Source of the DNA: Thermoplasmatota archaeon
Lineage (GTDB): Archaea > Thermoplasmatota > E2 > JACPAO01 > JAHFTW01
Assembly (NCBI GenBank): GCA_041601615.1
Contig: JBFIHX010000002.1
Coordinates: forward strand, 256,001-320,000
Length of the DNA: 64,000 nucleotides
Direction: 5' to 3'
The position numbers and the translations under genes are program-made. The notes below the pieces were generated by a model. It did not search any database. It had not been told where the DNA came from and was given only the letters and a program-made list of their open reading frames with translations. Shown here piece after piece: positions 48,964 to 58,971 of this stretch (position 1 is the stretch's first letter; the number at the start of each line of letters is the position of its first letter).

Positions 48964-50331
48964 ATGGCCTTGCTCGATCCTGCTCGGCTCATCCTGCTGG
49001 CCACGGGTGCAGCCACCGCACTCCTGTCCATTCTGCTGTTATGGCTGGACATCAACAAGCGCGCCAATCGAGCATTCGCAGCACTCCTAGCCCTGAAAGG
49101 CCTCTCCATTCTGCTGGTCCAAGTGCCCATCCTGTTTGGCGCCTCTTTGACCCTCTTTACCTTCCGCGTCCTGCCCTACGTCTTCATCCCCATCATCCCC
49201 GTCGCCCTCTACTTCGCCTCCGTATTTCCACGACAACGCGGACCCCTCGGGCGCCCCGGCGGCGGCTGGATCACCCTCATCCTCGTAATCGTCCTCGAAG
49301 GCGCCTACTTTGCCCGCCACTCCCTGTTTTGGATCGTTCAAGCAGGCACCCCAACCCACCCAGCTCTCGGCGCCGGAGCCGGCTACGCCATCACCAGCAT
49401 GGGTCCCCTGTCGCTACTGCTGTGGGGCTCCTTTGCCGCCTTCGGTTTCCTCGCCCTGCTGTTTTTGCGCGACTACACCCGCGCCGCCGAGGGCGCCCAA
49501 CGCTTCAGCCACTTTCTCGTCGGCGCCGGCTTCGCGCTCAACGCACTCTTTGACGGCTCCAGGCAAATTGCAGGCTTCACCTCCATCCTCGCCGACCTAG
49601 ACAGCTACCCATTGGCGCCGTGGGGCTGGGGCGCTGCGTTCCTTCCAAGCCTCGCGCTCATACCAGCCACCGCTGCACTCGTTCTTGTCGCGGTCCACCG
49701 CATCGGCACCGTGCAAGAACGCCGCATCGAGACTCGGTTCTTCATCGCCAGTGCGCTTGCTGTGCTGACGGGGCTTGCGCCGTTTTTCTTGCCCGCCGAG
49801 AAGGGCTTCTTCAACGGCCCCGTCCTGATTGTCCTCTTGACGCTCTGGCGCCTGGCATTGCCGGTGCTCGTCAGCTACGCCCTGCTTCGCTACGCGCTGT
49901 TCGACATTGACGTGCGCATCCAACGCACCATCCGCCGCGGCACTGTTGCCGCCATGTTCGGTGCTGTCTACTTCATCATCAGCGAAGGCGTCGAATCACT
50001 CGTCTCGAATGCCAGCGGCCCTTGGTTCGGGCTCGGAGCCGCCGCCCTCTTGACCATCGCCATCAAACCCGTGCAGGCAGCGGCCTCCAAAGTCGCCACC
50101 CGCGCCATGCCGGACGCAGTTCCTGCCCGCGCCATGACCGGCGACCGCATCGCTCTTTACACCCAACACTGCGCCATGGTGCTGGAGGACGGCGAGATGA
50201 CCAACAAGGAACGAAGCTTACTGGATGCCCTCGCGGCAACCTGGGGGCTCACCAAAGAACAGACCAAGGCTGTTGAATCCCAGGTCTGGCAACAAACCCG
50301 GCGAACGGGGCCCACGGCCGCTTCGGCTTGA
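48964..50331 (+). CDS. Polytopic membrane protein (sensor-like N-terminal TM region, no kinase domain)
   Basis: About 10 TM; YALLRY.LFDID motif; C-terminal DG.MT.KER..L..LA helical domain. Confidence 0.75.
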   Translation: MALLDPARLILLATGAATALLSILLLWLDINKRANRAFAALLALKGLSILLVQVPILFGASLTLFTFRVLPYVFIPIIPVALYFASVFPRQRGPLGRPGGGWITLILVIVLEGAYFARHSLFWIVQAGTPTHPALGAGAGYAITSMGPLSLLLWGSFAAFGFLALLFLRDYTRAAEGAQRFSHFLVGAGFALNALFDGSRQIAGFTSILADLDSYPLAPWGWGAAFLPSLALIPATAALVLVAVHRIGTVQERRIETRFFIASALAVLTGLAPFFLPAEKGFFNGPVLIVLLTLWRLALPVLVSYALLRYALFDIDVRIQRTIRRGTVAAMFGAVYFIISEGVESLVSNASGPWFGLGAAALLTIAIKPVQAAASKVATRAMPDAVPARAMTGDRIALYTQHCAMVLEDGEMTNKERSLLDALAATWGLTKEQTKAVESQVWQQTRRTGPTAASA

Positions 50332-50457
50332 GGCGCTGCCCGCGTGGGAGTAGTGTTGCACGGGAAGGCTGGCGAGCAACCGGTCCCTCCGTTCGCGTTG
50401 CCTTGTAGGCACAAAATCCGTTCAAGGCGGGACAATGCGGGTGGACGAAACCCACCT

Positions 50458-50706
50458 GGCCACCCCGAAGGGCACAAAGGAATGAGGAAGGGAACGGGAG
50501 GGGGAGGGGGAAGAGATTGGTTCCAAGCTGCTTAGAGCAGCAGGCCACCGACCGAGGCAATCGACCTTCAAAAAGTTCGACCATTTTGGGCGGCGCTCGC
50601 TGCGCTCGGCCACCCCGAAGGGCACAAAGGAATGAGGAAGGGAGGGGGAAGGGGAAGAGATTGGTTCCAAGCTGCTTAGAGCAGCAGGCCACCGACCGAG
50701 GCAATC
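50458..50706. repeat. Direct duplication of hppA 3' end plus downstream about 70 bp (50458-50562 / 50608-50706), with a 45-bp spacer
   Basis: Copies identical except in the G/A tract; they include TTAGAGCAGCAGGCCACCGACCGAGGCAATC. Confidence 0.92.
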
Positions 50707-52811
50707 AGTCCCGCAAAAATGAGCGAGACGGTGTTGATCACCTTGATCAGAGCGTTGATGGACGGGCCAGCGGTGTCCTTGTAGGGGTCACCGACGGTGT
50801 CACCGACGACAGCGGCTTCGTGGGCAGGGCTGCCCTTGCCACCGTGGTTGCCGTCTTCGACGAACTTCTTGGCGTTGTCCCAAGCGCCGCCACCGTTGGC
50901 CATCATTAGGGCCATCATCAAGCCGCCTGCGAGCACACCGATGAGGAGACCACCGAGGGCCATGGGGCCCAAGAGGAAGCCGACGATGAGGGGGGCGGAC
51001 ACGGCGAGGATGCCGGGCATGACCATTTGCTTGAGGGCGGCCTTGGTGACGATGTCCACGCAGGTGCCGTACTCGGGCTTGCCTTCGCCGGTCATGATGC
51101 CGGGGATGTTCTTGAACTGGCGGCGAACTTCATCGATGACTGCACCGGCGGCCTTGCCGACGGCGTTCATCAGGAAGGCGCTGAACAAGAAAGGCAGCAT
51201 GGCACCGATCAAGAGACCGATCAGGACCAGAGGGTCGCTGAGGCGGAAGATCACATCGCCGGCAGCGTCGAGCTCGATGCCCTTGCCATCAGTGGGGAGG
51301 CGGTGCACGTAGTCCGCAAACAGTGCCAGAGCCGCGAGGGCGGCGCTGCCGACTGCGTATCCCTTGGTGACTGCCTTGGTGGTGTTGCCCACGGCGTCCA
51401 GGGCGTCGGTGTTCTTGCGAACGTCGGCGTCCAGTTCGGCCATTTCGGCGATTCCACCGGCGTTGTCGGTGATGGGTCCGTAGGTGTCCATGGCGACCAC
51501 CATGCCGGTAATACCGAGCATGGCGACGGCCGCGATGGCGATGCCGTACAGGCCAGCAAAGGCGAAGGCGCCGAACATGGCAATCGCGATGACGATCACG
51601 GGGAGCGCGGTGCTCTCCATGCCGACGGCGAGGCCGCTGATGATGTTCGTGGCGGCTCCGGTCTCGCTTGCCTTGGCGGTGGCCTTGACGGGGCGGTACT
51701 TGGTGCTGGTGTAGTACTCCGTGATGTACATCAGGAGCAGGGTCACGAGCAGGCCAAGCATGCTGGCAAAGAACACGCCGTTGGCGGTCACTTGGCGGTC
51801 GCCGAGGCCCAGGAGGCCTTCGGGCGTGAAGGCGTAGTCACCAAGCAGTTGCTGGCTGAGCCAGTAAAAGCCGGCAGCACTGACGATGACACTGGCGTAG
51901 ACGCCACGGTAGAGCGCCTTCATGATGTCGTTGTCTTTGCCGAGGCGCACGAAGAACACGCCGACGATGCTGGCGATCATGGCGAACGCGCCTAGGAAGA
52001 GCGGGAACGTCACGAGGGGGTTGATGCCGCCGCTGTTGGGCAGCAGGAAGCCGAGGAACACGGCTGCCACGACGGTGACGGCGTAGGTTTCGAACAGGTC
52101 CGCTCCCATGCCGGCGCAGTCGCCCACGTTGTCGCCCACGTTGTCGGCGATGACGGCGGGGTTGCGGGGGTCGTCTTCGGGGATGCCGGCTTCGACCTTT
52201 CCGACCAAGTCAGCGCCGACGTCGGCGGCCTTGGTGTAGATGCCGCCGCCCACACGGGCAAACAGGCTGATCAGGCTGGCACCGAAGGCGTAGCCGACGA
52301 GGGGACCGACGGGGTCCTCCATGCCGGCGATTTCGGCGAAGTAGTAGTAGAAGCCAGCCACACCCAGAAGGGCGAGGCCTGCGACACCGAGGCCGGCCAC
52401 GGCACCGCCGCGGAAGGCGACGTTCAGCGCACCCTTCATGCCCTTGCGGGCGGCTTGGGCGGTGCGCACGTTGGCGCGAACGGCGATGTTCATGCCGAGG
52501 TACCCGGAGGCGGCACTGAACAGGGCCCCGACGACGAAGCCGACGGTGGTCCAGATCCAGAGCGTGCGGTCGGCGCCGTCTTGGGTGAAGGTGACGGCGA
52601 GGAAGACGACCAGGATGGCGGCGGCCACGACCGCGATGGTGCGGTATTGGCGGTTCATGTAGGCCATGGCGCCCTGCTTGATGGCGTCGCTGATTTCGAC
52701 CATGCGCTTGTTGCCGGTCTCGGCTTTCAGGACGGAGCGGGCGAGGATTCCGGCGGCAACAAGGCCGAGGAGTGCTGCCACTGGCGCGAGGATGATGGGT
52801 AGTTCAGACAT
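50676..52811 (-). CDS. hppA: Membrane-bound pyrophosphatase, probably K+-independent H+-PPase
   Basis: [29 protein letters not shown]; GNTTKA has Lys at the K+-dependence position. Confidence 0.95.
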   Translation of the reverse strand: MSELPIILAPVAALLGLVAAGILARSVLKAETGNKRMVEISDAIKQGAMAYMNRQYRTIAVVAAAILVVFLAVTFTQDGADRTLWIWTTVGFVVGALFSAASGYLGMNIAVRANVRTAQAARKGMKGALNVAFRGGAVAGLGVAGLALLGVAGFYYYFAEIAGMEDPVGPLVGYAFGASLISLFARVGGGIYTKAADVGADLVGKVEAGIPEDDPRNPAVIADNVGDNVGDCAGMGADLFETYAVTVVAAVFLGFLLPNSGGINPLVTFPLFLGAFAMIASIVGVFFVRLGKDNDIMKALYRGVYASVIVSAAGFYWLSQQLLGDYAFTPEGLLGLGDRQVTANGVFFASMLGLLVTLLLMYITEYYTSTKYRPVKATAKASETGAATNIISGLAVGMESTALPVIVIAIAMFGAFAFAGLYGIAIAAVAMLGITGMVVAMDTYGPITDNAGGIAEMAELDADVRKNTDALDAVGNTTKAVTKGYAVGSAALAALALFADYVHRLPTDGKGIELDAAGDVIFRLSDPLVLIGLLIGAMLPFLFSAFLMNAVGKAAGAVIDEVRRQFKNIPGIMTGEGKPEYGTCVDIVTKAALKQMVMPGILAVSAPLIVGFLLGPMALGGLLIGVLAGGLMMALMMANGGGAWDNAKKFVEDGNHGGKGSPAHEAAVVGDTVGDPYKDTAGPSINALIKVINTVSLIFAGLIASVGGLLL

Positions 52812-52820
52812 GGATGGGCC

Positions 52821-53462
52821 TCAGAGGCTGGCCTCGAAGTCTTCCACCGAGAGGGTGAAGGCGTCGCGGTTGGCAAGCTGGTTCTTCTCCATGAGGATCT
52901 CGCGGGCAAGGAGCCAGTACACGAGTGCCAGGCTGCGGCGGCCCTTGTTGTTGGCGGGGACGGCGAGGTCTAGGCCTTTGGTCTCGTTGTTGGAGTCGCA
53001 GAAGCCGAGGATCGGAATGCCGATGTTGCGGGCTTCGCGCATGGCTTGGGCGTCACCGAGCGGGTCGGTGACGACGAGCACTTCGGGCTCCATGAAGTTG
53101 GGCGTCACCGGGTTGGTGAGGGTGCCGGGCATGAAGCGGCCAGCGATGGCGGTGGCGCCGACGGCCTTGGCGGTTTCCTTGGCGGGCGTCTGGCCGTATT
53201 GGCGCTGGGACACGAAGAGGATGCGGGCGGCGTCGTAGGGCGCGAGCATCTTGGCGGCGGCGCGGATGCCGGCGTCGGTGTTGGCCACGTTCAGGACGAA
53301 GAGGCCGTCGTTGCGCACACGGAAGATGTGCGGCTTCATGTCGGCGGTCTTGTGTTGGGTTCCGATGTGGACACCGCTGGTGAGGTACTCGTCCTCCGCG
53401 ACCAGCAGGTCTACTTCTTCGCCGCTTTGGGCGATCTGGCTTTGGAGCATCTCGTCAGTCAT
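52821..53462 (-). CDS. rps2: 30S ribosomal protein S2
   Basis: [25 protein letters not shown]. Confidence 0.96.
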   Translation of the reverse strand: MTDEMLQSQIAQSGEEVDLLVAEDEYLTSGVHIGTQHKTADMKPHIFRVRNDGLFVLNVANTDAGIRAAAKMLAPYDAARILFVSQRQYGQTPAKETAKAVGATAIAGRFMPGTLTNPVTPNFMEPEVLVVTDPLGDAQAMREARNIGIPILGFCDSNNETKGLDLAVPANNKGRRSLALVYWLLAREILMEKNQLANRDAFTLSVEDFEASL

Positions 53463-53644
53463 GCGTTCACCTGTTGGGGTCGGCTCACCGTGAGCGGGAT
53501 GGCATTCGCCTCGAATTCCCTCATGGCCACTTGGACCGGGTCGCGTACCTCTTCTGCTATGTCAATGAGCGGCGGGGCGCCCATGGAGATCTGAAGAGCG
53601 CGTGCGCCGACGATGCGGGCCTTTTCGAAGCGCGTGTATTCCAT
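53459..53644 (-). CDS. rpo6: RNA polymerase subunit Rpo6 (RpoK)
   Basis: [22 protein letters not shown]. Confidence 0.96.
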   Translation of the reverse strand: MEYTRFEKARIVGARALQISMGAPPLIDIAEEVRDPVQVAMREFEANAIPLTVSRPQQVNA

Positions 53645-53926
53645 CGTATCACCTGTCAGGGACGGGGTAAGCCTACCGCTGACTGTCGCGGCGAAGCCAA
53701 GGTGGATATAAACGGTTGCGCGGGCGATGCTCCGCTGTGGCCAAAATGAGCGCCGCCACCGGCGAATGTGCCGGCCGCCATCCCCGCTGTGGGGGATTTG
53801 CTCCAGTTGATGTAGTGCCCGGTTGCACTTGAGGCTTGCGCGTTCGGTCCCGCTGTCCGGCTTCGAGCACGGGCCCGTTCTGGCCCGGTCGTCGGTCTCA
53901 AGGAGCACGAACTCCAACTTGATTCG

Positions 53927-54682
53927 ATGGCCCCAGGTGCAGTGGTGACTCGGCGGCGGCCGCCTGGCTGGGCGTGGGCGTTGTGGGCGGGCGTTGTGCT
54001 TTTGTTGGTGGTGTTGGCCACGTTTACGCAGAGCGGGGGCATGGTAGTCTCCTCTGCTTTGGCGGGTGCTGCGACTGCATTGGCGGCGTGGACGGCGCTG
54101 GATGTGGGTCGGGCGCTGAAGCATCGGGAGGTGCTGCGGGCAAAAGAAGCGGAATTCGTGGAGTTTGCCGAAACCATTGAGTTGCGCGTGGAGCACGCGG
54201 AGCAGGAGTTGGAGGCGGCACTGAAGGATGTGCGCCGGGATGCGGTTTCGGCGGTGCGTACACTTCGGGAGCAATTGGAGGAGTTGGAACGGGCCTTTGC
54301 AGAGCACTTTGCCACGCATCGGGGTGTGGGTGAAGATCGTCCTTCGAGGCCTATGCGGCCGACGAGGTTGGACGAACACGTGGATGAGGTGCTTGGTGCC
54401 GCGGCGGGAGGCGGAGAATCGGCGACGACGGGTCGTTCCGAGCGGCCGTTAGCGGGGGCTCCGGGTTGGCCCGTAGCGGAGATTCCGGGCATTGACGAGG
54501 CGCATGTGCTTCGCTTGCATGCTGCGGGCATTCATGATACGGTGCAGTTGTGCGCGGCGGATCCTGTGGATGTGGCCAAGCGGGTGCGGGTGTGGCCAAA
54601 CTTGGTGCGCAATTGGCAAGTGACGGCCGAGATGTTGCCTCGGGTGCAGGCGGCGCAGGCAGCGGCGGGGCCTGCGGGCTAG
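53927..54682 (+). CDS. Membrane-anchored coiled-coil protein with C-terminal HhH (DUF4332-like) domain
   Basis: 2 TM, coiled coil, IPGID...L..AGI.....L. Confidence 0.65.
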   Translation: MAPGAVVTRRRPPGWAWALWAGVVLLLVVLATFTQSGGMVVSSALAGAATALAAWTALDVGRALKHREVLRAKEAEFVEFAETIELRVEHAEQELEAALKDVRRDAVSAVRTLREQLEELERAFAEHFATHRGVGEDRPSRPMRPTRLDEHVDEVLGAAAGGGESATTGRSERPLAGAPGWPVAEIPGIDEAHVLRLHAAGIHDTVQLCAADPVDVAKRVRVWPNLVRNWQVTAEMLPRVQAAQAAAGPAG

Positions 54683-54714
54683 GCTAGACTAGGCCTAGGC
54701 TTGACCTAGGCTAG
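54679..54714. repeat. Cluster of six CTAG palindromes between convergent genes
   Basis: CTAG at 54679, 54684, 54689, 54695, 54706 and 54711. Confidence 0.85.
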
Positions 54715-55058
54715 CCTTCGAGCAGCGGCAGCAGATTCTCGGGGCCGGGGCGCCCGACGCGGGCATGGTCGCCGTGGATGAGGATGGGCCGTTCGAGGAG
54801 CTTGGGGCTTGCTGCGATGGCCGTCAAAAGTTCGCGATCGGAGGCGGTTTTGGCAAGGCTTGCAGCGTCGTCTTCGCCCCATCGCAGCCATTGGGCCACC
54901 GGCAAGCCGAGGCGTTTGTGGAGGATGCGCAGTTCGTCGAGGCTCATGGGCGCTTTCTGGTAGTCGCGCACTTCGTGGTCGACGCCACGTTCTTCCAGCA
55001 TCGCGAGGGCGGCTCGGGACTTGGAGCAGCGCGGGTTGTGCAGCAACAAATAGGTCAT
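54711..55058 (-). CDS. ArsC/Spx-family (glutaredoxin-type arsenate reductase-like) protein
   Basis: HNPRCSKSR, LLERPI, GRP. Confidence 0.9.
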   Translation of the reverse strand: MTYLLLHNPRCSKSRAALAMLEERGVDHEVRDYQKAPMSLDELRILHKRLGLPVAQWLRWGEDDAASLAKTASDRELLTAIAASPKLLERPILIHGDHARVGRPGPENLLPLLEG

Positions 55059-55127
55059 GCGGCACGGGAGGGGGAGGGGGATGAAGGGATTGCGAAAGGG
55101 GCCAGGGGCACCTGTGGGCAGCGGGGA

Positions 55128-56258
55128 CTAGAGTACGAAGTCGAGCCCGATGTCTTTTCGCTGGTTTGCCTGCTTGCGCGCGGACGGACCCAGGATTTGC
55201 TTGGAGCGAACGCCGGTGATGACGAGCATGACGCGCACGGCGCGGTCCAGGGCGTGGTTGACGCTGGTTCCCCAGATGATGCGGGCATCAGGGTTGATGC
55301 GCGAGTAGATTTCGTGCACAACCGCTTCTGCCTCCTTCAGGGTCATGTCGCTGCCGCCGACGACGTTCACTAGGGCGCCGCTGGCGTCGCTGATGTCGAT
55401 TTCCAGAAGCGGGCTCTGGAGTGCTTCCGTGACTGCCGCAACGGCGCGGTCGTCGCCGTCGGACTCGCCGAGGCCGATCATGGCGACGCCACCCTTCTTC
55501 ATGATGGTCTTCAGGTCGGCAAAGTCGAGGTTGACGAGGCCGGGCTTGGTGATCATCTCGGTGATGCCGCGGATGCTGCGAACGAGCAATTCGTCGGCGA
55601 CCCGGAAGGCGGCGGCCAATGGTAGGCGCGGGGCGACTTCCAGGAGCTTGTCGTTGGGGATGACGATGACGGTGTCGCACACGTCGCGCAGGCGAGCAAG
55701 GCCCGCTTCGGCGTTCTCCATGCGCACGGCGCCTTCGACGCTGAACGGCAGGGTGCAGACGGCGATGGTCAGGGCACCGGCTTCGCGGGCCATCTTGGCC
55801 ACAACGGGAGCGCTGCCGGTTCCGGTGCCGCCGCCAAGGCCGCAGGTGATGAAGCACATGTCGGCGCCGGCAACGGCGGCTCGAATGTCTTCCTCGGTTT
55901 CTTGTGCGGCTTCTTCGCCGATTTGTGGCAAGGCACCTGCTCCGAGGCCGCGCGTGAGGTGGCGGCCGATGAGCATCTTGTGGGGGACCTTCGCCGACAG
56001 CAGGTGCTGCGCGTCGGTGTTGAGGGCGACCAGTTCCACTTCACCCACGTCTTCCTCGGTGAGGCGCGTGATGGTGTTCGTGCCGGCGCCGCCGCATCCG
56101 AAGACCTTGATCTTCGTTACGAGACTGTGGAGAATTCGCTCCAAGTCGGCGTTGTCACTGGTTGCTTGCTTCTGTGTATTCGGCATGACCTGAACGGTCT
56201 GTGCCCCGCGGCCGGTCTCTTCGGCTCGGGCCACCGCCTCGCGGATAATGTCCTTCAT
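55128..56258 (-). CDS. ftsZ: Cell division protein FtsZ (FtsZ1 type)
   Basis: GCGGAG.N, NTDAQHL, GLGGGTGTG, NLDFAD. Confidence 0.97.
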   Translation of the reverse strand: MKDIIREAVARAEETGRGAQTVQVMPNTQKQATSDNADLERILHSLVTKIKVFGCGGAGTNTITRLTEEDVGEVELVALNTDAQHLLSAKVPHKMLIGRHLTRGLGAGALPQIGEEAAQETEEDIRAAVAGADMCFITCGLGGGTGTGSAPVVAKMAREAGALTIAVCTLPFSVEGAVRMENAEAGLARLRDVCDTVIVIPNDKLLEVAPRLPLAAAFRVADELLVRSIRGITEMITKPGLVNLDFADLKTIMKKGGVAMIGLGESDGDDRAVAAVTEALQSPLLEIDISDASGALVNVVGGSDMTLKEAEAVVHEIYSRINPDARIIWGTSVNHALDRAVRVMLVITGVRSKQILGPSARKQANQRKDIGLDFVL

Positions 56259-56443
56259 GTGCATCCCCTGAGAGCGTGCGCTCCCATCCAATCGTGACAG
56301 GGCGGGGGACATGGATAAATGTTCTCTGGGAGGTACGAGCGTTTCAAAATTGGGGGAGCCTCCACGGCATGGTTTTGAAACAGCATCCCCTGCCTACGGC
56401 TCCAGGGTGCAAAGGCTCAAAATCAAGCTTTTAATGGGTAACC

Positions 56444-56905
56444 ATGGACTTAATCACGCTGCTCCAAAGAGTGGAGGCGTCCAATCCGAACAACTGGTTG
56501 ACCCACGAAGGTGGAATCCACGTCTTCAAGGAAGACCTGAACGTCAGGTTGGTTGAAGACCGGGAAGACGAAGATTTCGGAATGGCATACGGGGCGAACT
56601 GGCTGCCCGAGGGCTTCCCCTATGAGGCGCAGCGAATCACAGCCGGACTCTACTATGGCCTGAGTCTTGTTCAGGTGTTCACCTTGATTCAGATTCAACA
56701 CCCGTCCTTTATCCTCCCTGCCCCCAACCCCGAGGGCGAAGACCCCACGAACTGGACGACAACGCGACTAAAGGTGGCGGTAGCGCACATCCTGAATGGG
56801 CCCGCCAACGACATACCCGCAATGCCCCAAATTGAGGCCACTCTACAACAGTACGGCGTACAAATCGAGGGCCCCCATCATCCGCGCACCTTTGCCATGG
56901 GCTAA
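56444..56905 (+). CDS. Hypothetical protein (probable element cargo)
   Basis: 153-aa ORF converging on transposase, stop codons 1 bp apart. Confidence 0.65.
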   Translation: MDLITLLQRVEASNPNNWLTHEGGIHVFKEDLNVRLVEDREDEDFGMAYGANWLPEGFPYEAQRITAGLYYGLSLVQVFTLIQIQHPSFILPAPNPEGEDPTNWTTTRLKVAVAHILNGPANDIPAMPQIEATLQQYGVQIEGPHHPRTFAMG

Positions 56906-56906
56906 C

Positions 56907-58262
56907 TTAGATTCGAGCATGGGGGTACTCTCCCCAAAACCGATTTTGCAGCGTGTCGAGGCTTTCCCACCCCTCAAGCCGAGCCACGCCGCCTTCGAGC
57001 TGAATTTCCTCGTCGCGGACGTGGCTGACGTACACCAGCCGCGTCAGGTTGTACACCAGCGCCATGCACAGCAATTCGTTGCGCTGTGCCACTTCGCCCC
57101 GCGAGTATAGCCGATCTCCGAGTATGCGCTTCAGGGCGGCGTTTCCGGTCTCTACGTTGTTCTTGCGGTTGGCTCGGGCGTTGTACCCGTCCCGATCCAC
57201 TTTCGACCGCTGTAAGGCGTCCTTGAAGGCTCTGCGCGGTCCTCGGATGCCGTTTCCGGTGGCATTTTTCTTGAATTTCATTTGCCCGTCGATGCCTTGG
57301 CGCTTCAGGTAGTCGAAGAGGTAGCCGGCAGAGTACGCTTTGTCGCCGCCGTACTCCTTGAAATTCAGCATCAATTGCGCCCGCATCAGGAGCGGCACGG
57401 CCCATTGGGCTTCCCCGAATCCGCCTTTCTGGGTGCGCAATCCGGCGATCATGGTGTATTCGTAGGTCCACAAGATCACGGTGTACATCCATTCATGTTC
57501 CCGGCGATCCTCTTTTTTCTCGTGTTTCTCCTGGTAGTACGCCCCAAAGTGCTGCGTCGTCAAGCCGGTGCCGTCCTGGTGCGCGATGGACTCATAGGGA
57601 CGAACTGGCCACGTTGACAACGAGAGCAATTTCTCCAAGACCTCGGTTGACTCTGGATCATTCAGGAACCGGCTCAAGGTCGCAGCACTGACAGGCCCAT
57701 ACGGGTTGTGTCTGCGGTGCGTGGCGTCTTGCATTACGCCCTCTAAGCGCCGCAAATTCTGCCGATTCCAAACCCGCATCACCGATTGATACACGAGCGC
57801 ATGAAGCGGCGCCGGTGGACGCCCCTTTACTCCCGGCGCGAGTGGTTCTTCAAGGACTGGCAATGCCGAGCGCAGCAACCGCGCCAACAACCTTGGCACC
57901 ATTTCCGGGCAAGCCTTCCAAGCTCGGGCCTCTAAGCCATGATCTCGGGGCCGGTCGCCCTTGCGGTACACGGTCGCGGCCGTGTTGGGCAATTCTGTCA
58001 TTCCTTCGTAGAGCATCACAACGAGAATGTGGGCGCACGGCTTCTCTTGGTTGTGGTCGTGGCCGTCTTGGGCGCACCGCAACAAGTCGCCGCGACGGTA
58101 CACCTTGACCCGGTGAACGCCTTGGTGCCGGCGCACGTTCCAATGGTCCGGGTCCATTTTTTGAACCGCATCCTCAAAGCCCCAGATCGTCAAGGCGTTG
58201 CGGCGCAAATTCGGGTTTAATCGGTTCCAGAAATCCAGGGCTTCCAGGGTTTCTTCGTCCAC
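56907..58262 (-). CDS. DDE transposase (IS4/IS5-like) with N-terminal SWIM-like Zn finger
   Basis: QDGTG (D1), GDKAY (D2), RKNNVET..ALKR (E), LVYNL; CAQD..PCAHI finger; GTG start overlaps upstream TAG. Confidence 0.85.
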   Translation of the reverse strand: MDEETLEALDFWNRLNPNLRRNALTIWGFEDAVQKMDPDHWNVRRHQGVHRVKVYRRGDLLRCAQDGHDHNQEKPCAHILVVMLYEGMTELPNTAATVYRKGDRPRDHGLEARAWKACPEMVPRLLARLLRSALPVLEEPLAPGVKGRPPAPLHALVYQSVMRVWNRQNLRRLEGVMQDATHRRHNPYGPVSAATLSRFLNDPESTEVLEKLLSLSTWPVRPYESIAHQDGTGLTTQHFGAYYQEKHEKKEDRREHEWMYTVILWTYEYTMIAGLRTQKGGFGEAQWAVPLLMRAQLMLNFKEYGGDKAYSAGYLFDYLKRQGIDGQMKFKKNATGNGIRGPRRAFKDALQRSKVDRDGYNARANRKNNVETGNAALKRILGDRLYSRGEVAQRNELLCMALVYNLTRLVYVSHVRDEEIQLEGGVARLEGWESLDTLQNRFWGEYPHARI

Positions 58263-58504
58263 TACGGGGCACCCCCCAAAGCAAGCATAACCAGCTCTTT
58301 TCCGCCAAGGGCAAGGCCGAGGATCGTCACGGTCCACAAGAGCCGACGAATCAAGCCCAAGTGCGCCTTCAACGCCGACTCGCGGACCTCGCGCAAGTCC
58401 TCGCGGACCTCGCGGCGCAATTCCCCGACCTCGCGCTCTAGGTTGCGGCGCAAGTCGCGCATTGCCTCCAATAGCCGCATATCCTCCACGGTTAGCCGCT
58501 CCAA
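58262..58504 (-). CDS. Small coiled-coil + C-terminal TM protein (possible lysis/membrane protein)
   Basis: Heptad-like LRREVREDLRE followed by a hydrophobic tail; start uncertain. Confidence 0.6.
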   Translation of the reverse strand: MERLTVEDMRLLEAMRDLRRNLEREVGELRREVREDLREVRESALKAHLGLIRRLLWTVTILGLALGGKELVMLALGGAP

Positions 58505-58971
58505 GTGTCCGTGATGTCTTCGAGCAAAACGTACCCCCCGGCACTGTGGGGCGTTAGGAGGCTGGCGTTGTGCGCCACGAGATCAACCACCACGGGCGAA
58601 GCGCCCCCGGAGTTGTCCACGAGAATGAAGTCGGTGATCATCCCGCCGCCATAGGTGCGGGTGTACGTCTCCGGCTCCGCCGCTCCATTCACTTCGACCC
58701 GGAACCAATCAACATCGAGGCTGTCAGGGCTGACCGCGTACCCGAAGACCTTGAAGACCGCGCCAACCGGCACCGAATACGATGCCACAACCGCTTGATC
58801 GTTCACGGGCAACGGGACAAGGGAGCCCTTGCCGCGCCGGACCTTGCGTTCAACCACTGACTTGATGTGGACGCTTCCAAGGGTGCCGTCCGGGCGCTCC
58901 TTGAGGCGCCCGTCCCAATCCACATACTCGCCCGTGTCGGGGTCGCGGATTTGCTGGATACTGTAGCCCAT
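58492..58971 (-). CDS. Putative virion protein, beta-rich
   Basis: YSVPVG.VFKV pattern, in coupled operon. Confidence 0.55.
   Translation of the reverse strand: MGYSIQQIRDPDTGEYVDWDGRLKERPDGTLGSVHIKSVVERKVRRGKGSLVPLPVNDQAVVASYSVPVGAVFKVFGYAVSPDSLDVDWFRVEVNGAAEPETYTRTYGGGMITDFILVDNSGGASPVVVDLVAHNASLLTPHSAGGYVLLEDITDTWSG

Noticed and set aside
50676-52811. Na+-pumping, K+-dependent pyrophosphatase
   Set aside because: GNTTKA has Lys rather than Ala at the determinant position, which indicates the K+-independent type.
53645-53926. tRNA upstream of rpo6
   Set aside because: No cloverleaf or T-loop consensus recognised; no tRNA or rRNA seen anywhere in the window by eye.
56907-58262. Stand-alone IS element
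   Set aside because: No flanking non-coding ends, terminal repeats or target duplication adjacent to the gene; disfavoured but not excluded.
58263-58544. N-terminal 94 aa of the 545-aa transposase ORF in the track
   Set aside because: Overlaps the better-supported coiled-coil/TM gene; the GTG at 58262 gives a coupled start.
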